This document shows, one piece after another, positions 8,697 through 17,448 of a DNA stretch of 64,000 nucleotides. The stretch is taken from positions 37,977 to 101,976 of the forward strand of contig CALXRV010000011.1 of assembly GCA_944390945.1 (NCBI GenBank). The letters run 5' to 3'. The first letter of the stretch is position 1. The number at the start of each line of letters is the position of its first letter. Under the pieces are notes generated by a model, which had not been told where the DNA came from, ran no database searches, and was given only the letters and a program-made list of their open reading frames with translations. This DNA is from an uncultured Clostridia bacterium. GTDB taxonomy: Bacteria; Bacillota; Dehalobacteriia; UBA4068. A program made the translations under genes and the position numbers.

Positions 8697-9421
8697 GTGA
8701 GATGCATGATATCGTCCTGAAAGTTGAAGCGATCGAAACTTATTACGGTAAAATTGCCGCGCTGCGTGGCATCAGTTTTGATGTGCGGGATAAGCAGATC
8801 GTTACGCTGCTCGGTAGTAATGGCGCCGGGAAATCCACCACATTGAAAACGATTTCCGGCCTTACCCCGGCCAATATGGGCAAAATCACCTTTTTGGGGG
8901 AAGATATCACAAAACTACCGGCGCATGAGATCGTACAGCGTGGATTGATCCATGTTCCGGAAGGGCGCCGTATCTTCAAAGATTTGACCGTAACCGAAAA
9001 CCTTGAACTGGGAGCGTTCACCCTAAAAGATGACAAAGAGCGTCAGCGTAGGATCAAAGATGTATTTGAACGTTTTCCCCGGCTGGGAGAACGCAAAAAA
9101 CAGTTGGGCGGCACCCTGTCCGGTGGCGAACAGCAGATGCTGGCCGTCGGACGCGGCCTGATGGCTGGTCCCAAGCTGCTGCTGCTTGACGAGCCGTCCA
9201 TGGGTCTGGCGCCGCTGATCGTCGCAGAGATCGCCAATATCATCCGGCAACTCAACGATGAAGGCATACCAATCCTGCTCGTCGAGCAGAATTCGAAAAT
9301 GGCGCTGGGGCTGGCAGACTATGGTTATGTTCTTGATACCGGCAACATCGTTTTGGAAGGCAGCGGCGACCAGCTGAAGAGCGATGAAAAGGTAATCAAA
9401 GCCTATCTGGGCGGAGAATAA
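8693..9421 (+). CDS. livF: ABC transporter ATP-binding protein (LivF family)
   Basis: Walker A GSNGAGKST, signature LSGGEQQML, Walker B LLLLDEP. Its ATG overlaps the livG stop (ATGA). Confidence 0.85.
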   Translation: MSEMHDIVLKVEAIETYYGKIAALRGISFDVRDKQIVTLLGSNGAGKSTTLKTISGLTPANMGKITFLGEDITKLPAHEIVQRGLIHVPEGRRIFKDLTVTENLELGAFTLKDDKERQRRIKDVFERFPRLGERKKQLGGTLSGGEQQMLAVGRGLMAGPKLLLLDEPSMGLAPLIVAEIANIIRQLNDEGIPILLVEQNSKMALGLADYGYVLDTGNIVLEGSGDQLKSDEKVIKAYLGGE

Positions 9422-9556
9422 AGCTTCGGCAATGCTCCCTGCCGCGCCGGCCTCGCATATGATCCAATAATCAGCGCCCACTGTCTCACCACCGCAGCAG
9501 GCGCGCAACAGCCTATCACCGGCAAAAGCCCGCCAGCCGGACGTATGGGCGACGGA

Positions 9557-9593
9557 CTCCCAGCGGAATTCTTCCGCAGGGAGTTCGTTTTAT
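9557..9593 (+). terminator. Rho-independent terminator after livF (CTCCCAGCGGAA ttc TTCCGCAGGGAG then TTCGTTTTAT)
   Basis: Hairpin with 11 of 12 positions paired, followed by a T-rich tract. Confidence 0.55.
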
Positions 9594-9652
9594 CCCCTTG
9601 TTTTTGGAAAATTGGATTATTTTCTTCCGGCCAAGTTTTTTCACAAAACCTA

Positions 9653-9681
9653 TTTATTTTTATTCCCGCTTCATGTATAAT
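9653..9681 (+). promoter_or_regulatory. Candidate carA promoter (weak -35 TTTATT, -10 TATAAT at 9676-9681 preceded by TG)
   Basis: Consensus -10 with an upstream TG. An ARG-box-like sequence overlaps it (see finding). Confidence 0.3.
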
Positions 9682-9716
9682 TATTAACAATACAATTATT
9701 GGGGCAGGAGGTACTT

Positions 9717-10799
9717 ATGTCGCAGGGTTATCTCATCTTGGAGGACGGTCAAGTCTTCACCGGCACACGTTGCGGCGCTGCAGGCGAAGTTATTGGCGAG
9801 CTGGTCTTTACCACCGGCATGACTGGTTATCTGGAAACATTGACCGACCCCAGTTATTTTGGGCAAATCATCATGCAGACTTTCCCTCTGATTGGGAATT
9901 ACGGTGTGATTCCAGAAGATTTTGAAAGCGACCATATCCATGCGAAAGCATATATCATACACGAGCTTTGCGCAGAGCCCAGTAATTTTCGCAGCCAAGG
10001 CCCCTTGGACGATTTTTTGAAGCAGCAGGGCATCCCCGGCTTGCGTAATGTAGATACGCGACGTCTGACCAGAATTGTTCGTGAACATGGCGTGATGAAT
10101 GCCATGCTCAGCGATAAGCCACAGTTGAATGCTGATCAAAAAGCCGCTCTACAGAATTATCGCGTCAAAGATGCGGTGTCGGCGGTAAGTTGCCAGCAAG
10201 CATCCAGTGCAGGCGAAGGTCGGCCTGTAGTGCTCTGGGATTTCGGCGCAAAAGGCCATATCCAGCGTGAACTGCTGCAGCGTGGTTGCCGTGTGATCAC
10301 CATGCCAGCAAGCACAACCGCCAGCGAAATTCTTGCCCTAAAGCCGCAGGGCATTGTACTTTCCAACGGACCGGGAGACCCGGCAGAAAACACGAAGATT
10401 ATTCATGAGCTGCATCTTTTGACCCAAAGCGGCATTCCGCTGTTTGGCATCTGCCTGGGGCATCAACTTTTAGCGCTTGCTTGCGGCGGCAAAACCGAAA
10501 AAATGAAATATGGGCATCGTGGCGCCAATCAACCGGTAAAAGATATGGATACCGGTCGTGTCCACATCACCAGTCAAAACCATGGTTATTGCGTGGTGGC
10601 GGAAAGCCTAGGGGCTGATGCGCAAATCAGCCATTGCAATGTCAACGACGGCAGCTGTGAAGGCGTGCGCTACAACAGTTTCCCTGCCATATCGGTACAA
10701 TTCCACCCGGAAGCTTGCGCCGGGCCACTCGATGAGCGTTCTATGTTCGATGATTTTATCACCATGATCAAGGAGGTCGGAGCAAATGCCGCTCAATAA
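9717..10799 (+). CDS. carA: Carbamoyl-phosphate synthase small (glutamine amidotransferase) subunit
   Basis: MSQGYLILEDGQVFTG...GEVIGELVFTTGMTGYLETLTDPSY is the canonical CarA N-terminus. GATase triad region GICLGHQLL. Start placed at the ATG at 9717 with GGAGG 6 nt upstream; the ORF track begins at an upstream TTG. Confidence 0.9.
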   Translation: MSQGYLILEDGQVFTGTRCGAAGEVIGELVFTTGMTGYLETLTDPSYFGQIIMQTFPLIGNYGVIPEDFESDHIHAKAYIIHELCAEPSNFRSQGPLDDFLKQQGIPGLRNVDTRRLTRIVREHGVMNAMLSDKPQLNADQKAALQNYRVKDAVSAVSCQQASSAGEGRPVVLWDFGAKGHIQRELLQRGCRVITMPASTTASEILALKPQGIVLSNGPGDPAENTKIIHELHLLTQSGIPLFGICLGHQLLALACGGKTEKMKYGHRGANQPVKDMDTGRVHITSQNHGYCVVAESLGADAQISHCNVNDGSCEGVRYNSFPAISVQFHPEACAGPLDERSMFDDFITMIKEVGANAAQ

Positions 10800-13700
10800 A
10801 GACATCAAACGTACATTGGTCATTGGCTCCGGTCCGATCGTCATCGGACAGGCGGCAGAATTCGACTATGCAGGCACACAGGCATGCCAGGCGCTGAAAG
10901 CAGATGGCATCGAAGTAATTCTGGTCAATTCCAACCCGGCCACTATCATGACGGATGGCCACATGGCCGACCATATTTATATTGAACCGTTGACGCTGAC
11001 CACCATCAAACGAATTATCCGCAAAGAAAAGCCGGACAGCATCCTCCCTACCCTGGGCGGACAGACCGGCCTGACGCTTGCCATGCAGCTGGCAAAGGAA
11101 GGGTTTCTGGCAGAACATGGCGTAAGGCTGCTTGGCGCCAGGCCGGATACGATCGACCGTGCCGAGGACAGGCTGCTGTTTAAGGAAGCGATGGCTGCCA
11201 TCGGGCAGCCAGTTGTTCCCTCCGACGTAGCGGAAGACCTGGATAGCGCGCTAGCCTTCGCCAGGCAGATCGGGTATCCGATCATTGTGCGGCCGGCTTT
11301 CACCCTAGGCGGCTCTGGCGGCGGCATTGCATATGATGAGAATGAACTGCGCGAAATTGCAACGCAGGGCCTGCGCGTCTCGCCGATCCACCAGATCCTG
11401 ATCGAGCAATGTATTTCCGGCTGGAAAGAAATTGAATTTGAAGTGATGCGCGATGCAGCTGGCAACTGTATTACGATTTGCTCGATGGAAAACTTTGATC
11501 CGGTGGGCGTGCATACCGGAGACAGCATCGTAATCGCCCCTGCCGTAACATTGGCGGATCGCGAATATCAGATGTTGCGCAGCGCTGCACTGCAGATCAT
11601 CGATTCGCTCGGGGTGGAAGGCGGCTGTAACTGTCAGTTCGCACTGAATCCCAACAGCATGGAATATGCGGTAATCGAAGTAAACCCACGCGTCAGCCGT
11701 TCTTCTGCACTGGCCAGTAAAGCGACCGGTTATCCGATCGCCAAAGTGGCAACCAAGATCGCCATTGGTTATCTGCTGCCGGAAATTCCGAACGCAGTCA
11801 CCGGCGGCAAGACCAGCGCCTGCTTTGAGCCGACGATCGACTATGTTGTGGTAAAACTGCCAAAATGGCCATTTGATAAATTTGTATATGCTAAGCGGAA
11901 CCTGGGCACGCAGATGAAGGCGACCGGTGAAGTGATGGGAATTGGCACTACTTTTGAAGAAGCGCTGATGAAAGCAGTACGTGGCGCTGAGATTGGCCGC
12001 GATACCCTCACCATGCCTGCACTGGCGCAGGCAACACCGGAAGAACTTGCGACCAAGCTGGATGATTGTGATGATCAGCGGCTGTTTGCTGTATATGCTG
12101 CAATCAAGGCCGGCGTTTCACTGGATATCATCTATGAAAAAACAAAGATCGATCGCTGGTTCCTTGCCAAGCTGCGGCATCTGGCGGAAACCGAACAGCG
12201 TCTGCTCACCGAACCACTGGATGACGAACTGTATCATAGCGCTCGCCAACTGGGATTTCTTAATGGCACGATCGAAAAACTGAGCGGACAGAAAATCCAA
12301 GCGCCAACCTATCCCGTCTATCGCATGGTCGATACCTGTGCGGCGGAATTCCGCGCGGAAACGCCATATTTTTATGCAGCCTGCGAGGGAGAAAATGAGG
12401 CAGCAGAATTTTTGGCCAGCCGCCCGGAATCGCGGCGCACGGTCGTCGTCTTCGGCGCCGGGCCAATCCGTATCGGCCAAGGTATCGAATTTGACTACGC
12501 CAGCGTTCACTGCGTCTGGTCTCTGCGCAAATGCGGTTATGATGTGGTGATCGTCAATAACAACCCGGAAACTGTCTCCACTGATTTTGATACAGCAGAC
12601 CGTCTCTATTTTGAACCACTGACACCGGAAGATGTGCTTGGCGTGCTGCGCACCGAAAAGCCTTATGGCGTTGTCGTGGCTTTCGGCGGACAAACGGCGA
12701 TCAAGTTAACCAGCTTCCTGGCTGAACAGGGATATCATATCCTAGGTACGCCGGCAGATAGTATCGATGCAGCGGAAGACCGTGAACGTTTTGATGCCCT
12801 GCTCAGTAAACTGGAGATCAAGCGACCGCAGGGACTCACGGTGATGACAACGGAAGAAGCGCTTGCTGCCGCAGAAAAGTTGGGTTATCCGGTATTACTG
12901 CGCCCGTCTTATGTCCTAGGCGGCCAGAATATGATCATTGCGTTTCAGCCAGACGACATCCGTGAATATATGGCGATCATCCTGGCACAGGGCATCAAAA
13001 ACCCCGTGCTGATCGACCAATATCTGATGGGAACAGAGCTGGAGGTAGATGCAATTTGCGATGGCGAAAATGTGCTAATCCCCGGTGTGATGGAGCATAT
13101 CGAGCGGGCCGGCGTGCATTCCGGCGATTCGATTGCCGTTTATCCGGCATGGAATGTAGATGATTCCATGTTGCAGCGCATTGTAGACTGCTCGCAGCAG
13201 CTGGCGCTCGGGCTGCATGTCTGCGGACTTGTTAATATTCAATACTTGATCTATCAAGATGAATTATATGTAATTGAAGTTAACCCGCGTTCTTCCCGTA
13301 CGGTCCCCTACCTAAGCAAGGTCACCGGCGTACCGATGGTAGATCTTGCCACCCGGGCCATGCTGGGAGAAAAACTGACGGATATGGGTTATGGTACTGG
13401 CCTGTACCCGATCCCGCCATATGTAGCGGTAAAGGTGCCTGTCTTTTCCTTTGAAAAGCTGGCGGACGCAGATACCCTGCTCGGGCCGGAGATGAAATCC
13501 ACCGGCGAAGTTCTTGGCGTTGCCAGCACGTTGTCAGAAGCTTTATATAAAGGGCTGACAGCAGCAGGCTATCGTATGGATAGCCATGGCGGCGTATTGT
13601 TTAGCGTTAAGAATACAGACCGGCCGGAACTGTACGATGTTGCTAAACGCTTCAGTGATCTCGGCTGCCCGCTTTATGCCACGCCCGGCAATGCACGCGT

Positions 13701-14835
13701 ATTACGCGAAACCGGCTTGCAGGTAACCGAAGTGCCTAAGCTTTCTTCTGGCAGCGATATGTTGCTGGAACTGATCGATCGCGGCGACATCGCCTATGTC
13801 GTCTCCACCTCAGCAAAAGGTCGTATCCCCACGCGTGACAGCGTGCGCATCCGGCGTAAAGCAATCGAGCGGGCTATCCCCTGCCTTACTTCAATCGATA
13901 CCGGCAATGCGCTGGCGGAAAGCATGGAAAGCCGTTATTCACAGCGCAACACGGAACTGGTGGATCTCAACCACCGCCGGCAAAGCCGGGTTCGGCTGCA
14001 TTTCTCCAAACTACAGGCCTGCGGCAGCGACTATCTCTGCTTTGATTGTCGCGACCAGCTGTTGGAGAATCCGGAAGGCCTGGCACTGCGTCTGAGCCGG
14101 CAGCATATCGGGATTGGCAGTTCTGGACTCTGCCTGCTCGTCCCTTCAGCAGATGCAGATTTCCGTATGGCAGCATACAACCAGGACGGCAGCGAAGACA
14201 AGATGAATGGGAACGCGTTGCAATGCCTGGCGAAATACGCGTCTGACCGTGGCATCATTCCCGCCGACCGTTTACATCTGCGCGTGGAAACCCGCAGCGG
14301 CATTCGCGATGTTTATCTGCATAAACGGAATGGTGAAGTCAAAGCCGTGACCGTTGATATGGGACCGGCGCGATTCGAAACAGCAGCACTGCCGGTAAAA
14401 CTGACTTTGCCGCAGCTGATCGATTATCCGCTTGCCGTGGGCAGTGGACACAGGATCACCTGCCTCAGCCTGGGTAACCCCCATGCGGTGACCTTTGTAG
14501 ATCAGATTGATTCCTTAAACGTCGCGCAGGAAGGGCCGCTGATTGAGCATGCAGAAATATTTACGGCACGCGTCAATGCTGAATTTGTGCGCATGCTGAG
14601 CGAAACTGCCTTGCGGATGCGTGTTTGGGAACGCGGCAATGGGGAAACGCCTTCTTGTGGCACCGGCGCCTGCGCTGCTGTTGCCGCTGCAGCGGAAAAT
14701 GGTTTTTGCCAGCGGGATACCGATGTGACGGTAAAAATGCAGGGCGGCGAGCAGGTGGTGCGCTATCTTTCCGATGGCAGTATCCGTACCACTGGCGAAG
14801 TAGAATTTGTCTACGAAGGAACAGTCGAAATCTAG
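10786..14835 (+). CDS. carB: Carbamoyl-phosphate synthase large subunit fused in frame to a C-terminal DapF-like (diaminopimelate-epimerase fold) domain, 1349 aa
   Basis: Residues 1 to about 1050 are a canonical CarB (two ATP-grasp halves, oligomerisation and MGS-like domains). A ~20-aa linker follows (YSQRNTELVDLNHRRQSRVR). Then comes a 279-aa DapF-like domain from nt 13996: FSKLQACGSDY, NQDGSEDKMNGNALQC, SLGNPHAV, WERGNGETPSCGTGACAA. The frame is continuous with no stop codon and no in-frame ATG/GTG/TTG at the junction. The ATG overlaps the carA stop. Confidence 0.8.
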   Translation: MPLNKDIKRTLVIGSGPIVIGQAAEFDYAGTQACQALKADGIEVILVNSNPATIMTDGHMADHIYIEPLTLTTIKRIIRKEKPDSILPTLGGQTGLTLAMQLAKEGFLAEHGVRLLGARPDTIDRAEDRLLFKEAMAAIGQPVVPSDVAEDLDSALAFARQIGYPIIVRPAFTLGGSGGGIAYDENELREIATQGLRVSPIHQILIEQCISGWKEIEFEVMRDAAGNCITICSMENFDPVGVHTGDSIVIAPAVTLADREYQMLRSAALQIIDSLGVEGGCNCQFALNPNSMEYAVIEVNPRVSRSSALASKATGYPIAKVATKIAIGYLLPEIPNAVTGGKTSACFEPTIDYVVVKLPKWPFDKFVYAKRNLGTQMKATGEVMGIGTTFEEALMKAVRGAEIGRDTLTMPALAQATPEELATKLDDCDDQRLFAVYAAIKAGVSLDIIYEKTKIDRWFLAKLRHLAETEQRLLTEPLDDELYHSARQLGFLNGTIEKLSGQKIQAPTYPVYRMVDTCAAEFRAETPYFYAACEGENEAAEFLASRPESRRTVVVFGAGPIRIGQGIEFDYASVHCVWSLRKCGYDVVIVNNNPETVSTDFDTADRLYFEPLTPEDVLGVLRTEKPYGVVVAFGGQTAIKLTSFLAEQGYHILGTPADSIDAAEDRERFDALLSKLEIKRPQGLTVMTTEEALAAAEKLGYPVLLRPSYVLGGQNMIIAFQPDDIREYMAIILAQGIKNPVLIDQYLMGTELEVDAICDGENVLIPGVMEHIERAGVHSGDSIAVYPAWNVDDSMLQRIVDCSQQLALGLHVCGLVNIQYLIYQDELYVIEVNPRSSRTVPYLSKVTGVPMVDLATRAMLGEKLTDMGYGTGLYPIPPYVAVKVPVFSFEKLADADTLLGPEMKSTGEVLGVASTLSEALYKGLTAAGYRMDSHGGVLFSVKNTDRPELYDVAKRFSDLGCPLYATPGNARVLRETGLQVTEVPKLSSGSDMLLELIDRGDIAYVVSTSAKGRIPTRDSVRIRRKAIERAIPCLTSIDTGNALAESMESRYSQRNTELVDLNHRRQSRVRLHFSKLQACGSDYLCFDCRDQLLENPEGLALRLSRQHIGIGSSGLCLLVPSADADFRMAAYNQDGSEDKMNGNALQCLAKYASDRGIIPADRLHLRVETRSGIRDVYLHKRNGEVKAVTVDMGPARFETAALPVKLTLPQLIDYPLAVGSGHRITCLSLGNPHAVTFVDQIDSLNVAQEGPLIEHAEIFTARVNAEFVRMLSETALRMRVWERGNGETPSCGTGACAAVAAAAENGFCQRDTDVTVKMQGGEQVVRYLSDGSIRTTGEVEFVYEGTVEI

Positions 14836-14876
14836 CCATCGGCTGCAGAAATGGGAAAAAAGGATAATGAATCTGC

Positions 14877-14912
14877 AACAGGCCGGCAGGATTTGCCGGC
14901 CTGTTGTTATCC
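14877..14912 (+). terminator. Rho-independent terminator after carB (AACAGGCCGGC aggattt GCCGGCCTGTT GTTATCC)
   Basis: 11-bp GC stem with a short, weak T-run. Confidence 0.45.
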
Positions 14913-15029
14913 CCGCTGTTGGCGCATACTCCACTGCGCTGCAGAGTTTAGTTCTAACCGCAAGTGTATTGTGCCAAGGCAAGCAGAAAACGTTACCCAG
15001 CTGAGCAAGGCAATGTCACGGCCCGGTGA

Positions 15030-15563
15030 TCAGCGAAAATACAGCAGGTTGGTGCGGCGGCATACCGCATGCGCCGCAATATAGGCAACCACAACGCTGA
15101 CCACATCTTTCAACAAATATGGGGCAGAAACGGCAAGAAAAGAAACCAGTACACTTTGCCCGCCGAGAACCGCATACCAAATTGTACCACATAGATGACA
15201 TACCGCCAAACCAAGCAAGCCGCAAATAAGCGAAATCGCAGGTCCACGGGCATACGCAAGCCCGGTTAATGTTGTCTGCGGTAAAAAACCGATCAAAAAT
15301 CCGCCGGTCGCGCCGAGCAAAGCCCCTAAACCACCCCGGAACATGGAAAATACCGGCACACCACAGATGCCCAGCAGCAAATAGATTCCGGTTGCCAGGC
15401 TACCGCGGCGTGCACCGAGTGAATAACCGGTCAACGCAATGGCAAAAGTCTGCAGCGTGATCGGTACGCCGCTTGGCATCGGGATCGAAATTTGTGCCAA
15501 CACGGCCAAAACTGCGGCAAACAAGGCAATAAAGACCAATTCCTTCATCTGCATTTTTTTCAT
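15030..15563 (-). CDS. bioY: Biotin transporter BioY (ECF-type S component)
   Basis: MKKMQMKELVFIALFAAVLAVLAQISIPMPSGVPITLQTFAIALTGYSLG...GATGGFLIGF aligns closely with the B. subtilis BioY core. Start moved to the ATG with GGAGG 8 nt upstream; the ORF track begins 25 codons earlier. Confidence 0.85.
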   Translation of the reverse strand: MKKMQMKELVFIALFAAVLAVLAQISIPMPSGVPITLQTFAIALTGYSLGARRGSLATGIYLLLGICGVPVFSMFRGGLGALLGATGGFLIGFLPQTTLTGLAYARGPAISLICGLLGLAVCHLCGTIWYAVLGGQSVLVSFLAVSAPYLLKDVVSVVVAYIAAHAVCRRTNLLYFR

Positions 15564-15620
15564 GATGTCTTTCCTCCAACTACTTTTGGCCTGCGGCTTG
15601 AGATCATTATAGCGAGGCCT

Positions 15621-15665
15621 CTTCATATTGTCAACCAAAATATTTGTTTAGTTGACAATATGAAG
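15621..15665. promoter_or_regulatory. BirA-operator-like palindrome upstream of bioY: CTTCATATTGTCAAC-N15-GTTGACAATATGAAG
   Basis: Perfect 15-bp inverted repeat with a 15-nt spacer about 60 nt upstream of bioY. It contains the TGTnAAC/GTTnACA half-sites typical of Firmicute BirA boxes. Confidence 0.55.
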
Positions 15666-15690
15666 AGCAATTTCGTTTGCGCTGTAAGCA

Positions 15691-15734
15691 AAATAAGAAA
15701 AATGGCGCTGTCCCTAATAAAGAACAACGCCATC
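15691..15734 (-). terminator. Possible terminator after the sensor kinase gene (CGCCAT..ATGGCG stem with a long loop, then TTTTTCTTATTTT on the minus strand)
   Basis: 6-bp stem plus a strong T-run on the minus strand. The structure is weak. Confidence 0.3.
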
Positions 15735-15792
15735 GTGAGGAGGAACGTAATCCAGCATCCTGATGCTTAACTGGAGCAGATTCCATATTCTG

Positions 15793-17448
15793 CTATGCGC
15801 AACGCGGAAAGCTCAAAACCGCTTTAAACAAATCGCCATCTACAAAAAGTTCAAAACGGCCGCCCTGCAGCTCCGTCAGGCTCTGCGCAATGGAAAGGCC
15901 CAAGCCACTGCCTTCACTGCTCCGGGCGCTGTCACCGCGTACAAAGCGCTCGATCAATTCATCAGCAGAAATATTCAGCACATCGCGCGAAATGTTTTTC
16001 ATCGCAATCATTACTTCGCTTTCTGAATGACGCACGGAAAAATATACCCGCGTTTCTGGTTGAGAATACTTGCAAATATTATTGAGCAGGTTATCAAACA
16101 CACGCCAGAGCAGACGGCCGTCTGCCATAATCACGCTACCTTCGGCATCCGAAATATCAATCACCGGATGCAGTTGCGCATCAGCAAAACGTTCCGCATA
16201 CTCCCCCGCCACCTGATTCAGCATTTCAGCGACCTCGGTCCGCGCCAATTCCACCGCCATATTTCCGGTAGAAGCCTTCGAGGCCTCCAAAACATCTTCC
16301 GTCAGTTTTTTCAATCGTCTACTCTGCCGGTCAAGCACTTCAATATAGGAACAAACCCTTTCATCTTCGATGTCTTCCTTTTTCAGCAGGTCCACATAAT
16401 TGATGATGCTGGTCAGCGGCGTTTTGATATCATGCGAAACATTGGTAATCAGTTCTGTTTTCATGCGTTCGCTTTTGATCCGTGCTTCCACTGCACGCGC
16501 CAGGCCATGACCAATATTGTTCAGATTCTCAGCATGCTGCAATAATTCCCCATGCATATGCGTCGTATCGATCTGTGCATCCAACTCGCCATTGGCCAGA
16601 CGTTCTGCGCCGAGTTTCAAACGATCTGCCATCAATACGATATGGCATAGCCAGGCAAAAACAAGCGCAGTCAGGGGCAGCCAGAACAACACCATCCCCG
16701 GAGTTGTACCACCCATCGCCATCAGCAGCAATGAATTGACCAGCGTAAATGTACTGAACCCCGCAATCAACTTCCACAAAGACGGCAAAGCACCGATCGC
16801 GTTGCGGATGCCCCGGCCCAGGCCGCCTATCGTCTTGCGCAGGAAACGAAAAACTGTGCGGCAAATCAGATAGAGCAGCGTATATCTCCACCAGCCTCCG
16901 GCCTTCAACCGCACCGTAATACCCAGCAAAAACAGCAAAGCAAGCAGAGTGCAAATGATTAGCAGCGGCAGTGAGAGGCAAAAATAGATAAATGGCTCTA
17001 CATAATAGGACAAATCCAGACCAAATGCAATGCAAAGGATGAACGGTATCGCCACAAGCAAGATAAACAGCTCCAATGGCATACGGTCCAAAGTGGAAAG
17101 CACAATGCCCGACTGTCCTGGCCGATGTCCCGCTGCATAGAGCAAATAGACAAGAACGGCAACAGCGATCAGTGCGGAAAGCGAGCATAGCCAGGGCAGC
17201 AAATAACGTATCGGGTTTATGATATCAAATACTGCATTTTCAAATTCGATTTGTGCAGTGAAACCATTTGTTTGTAGATAGCTCTGATAGCGTTCCGTTT
17301 GCTGATAGGAATCATAATTGTGTTCATATCCGCCAAAACTGCGGATAAAATCGATACCCACCAGCGATAAAATACAGCCTGTAACCAGCAAAGAAAACAA
17401 AACAGCAAACAATGCCTTGATCGCGGTATTGGAACGCATGTCAGGCAT
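15793..17448 (-). CDS. Membrane sensor histidine kinase (HisKA + HATPase_c) with a multi-pass N-terminal sensor region
   Basis: H-box LITNVSHDIKTPLTSI; N, G1 and G2 boxes in the C-terminal HATPase_c; about 8 predicted TM helices in the N-terminal half. It overlaps the upstream response regulator by 8 nt. Confidence 0.85.
   Translation of the reverse strand: MPDMRSNTAIKALFAVLFSLLVTGCILSLVGIDFIRSFGGYEHNYDSYQQTERYQSYLQTNGFTAQIEFENAVFDIINPIRYLLPWLCSLSALIAVAVLVYLLYAAGHRPGQSGIVLSTLDRMPLELFILLVAIPFILCIAFGLDLSYYVEPFIYFCLSLPLLIICTLLALLFLLGITVRLKAGGWWRYTLLYLICRTVFRFLRKTIGGLGRGIRNAIGALPSLWKLIAGFSTFTLVNSLLLMAMGGTTPGMVLFWLPLTALVFAWLCHIVLMADRLKLGAERLANGELDAQIDTTHMHGELLQHAENLNNIGHGLARAVEARIKSERMKTELITNVSHDIKTPLTSIINYVDLLKKEDIEDERVCSYIEVLDRQSRRLKKLTEDVLEASKASTGNMAVELARTEVAEMLNQVAGEYAERFADAQLHPVIDISDAEGSVIMADGRLLWRVFDNLLNNICKYSQPETRVYFSVRHSESEVMIAMKNISRDVLNISADELIERFVRGDSARSSEGSGLGLSIAQSLTELQGGRFELFVDGDLFKAVLSFPRCA

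Noticed and set aside
10977-12693. Several 70-190-aa minus-strand ORFs inside carB
   Set aside because: Antisense to a gene with unambiguous CarB homology along its full length.
13950-14010. Possibility that carB and the DapF-like gene are two genes merged by a sequencing error
   Set aside because: Not rejected outright. Only the in-frame continuity and the lack of any start codon at the junction are visible in the sequence. Reported as a fusion with that caveat.
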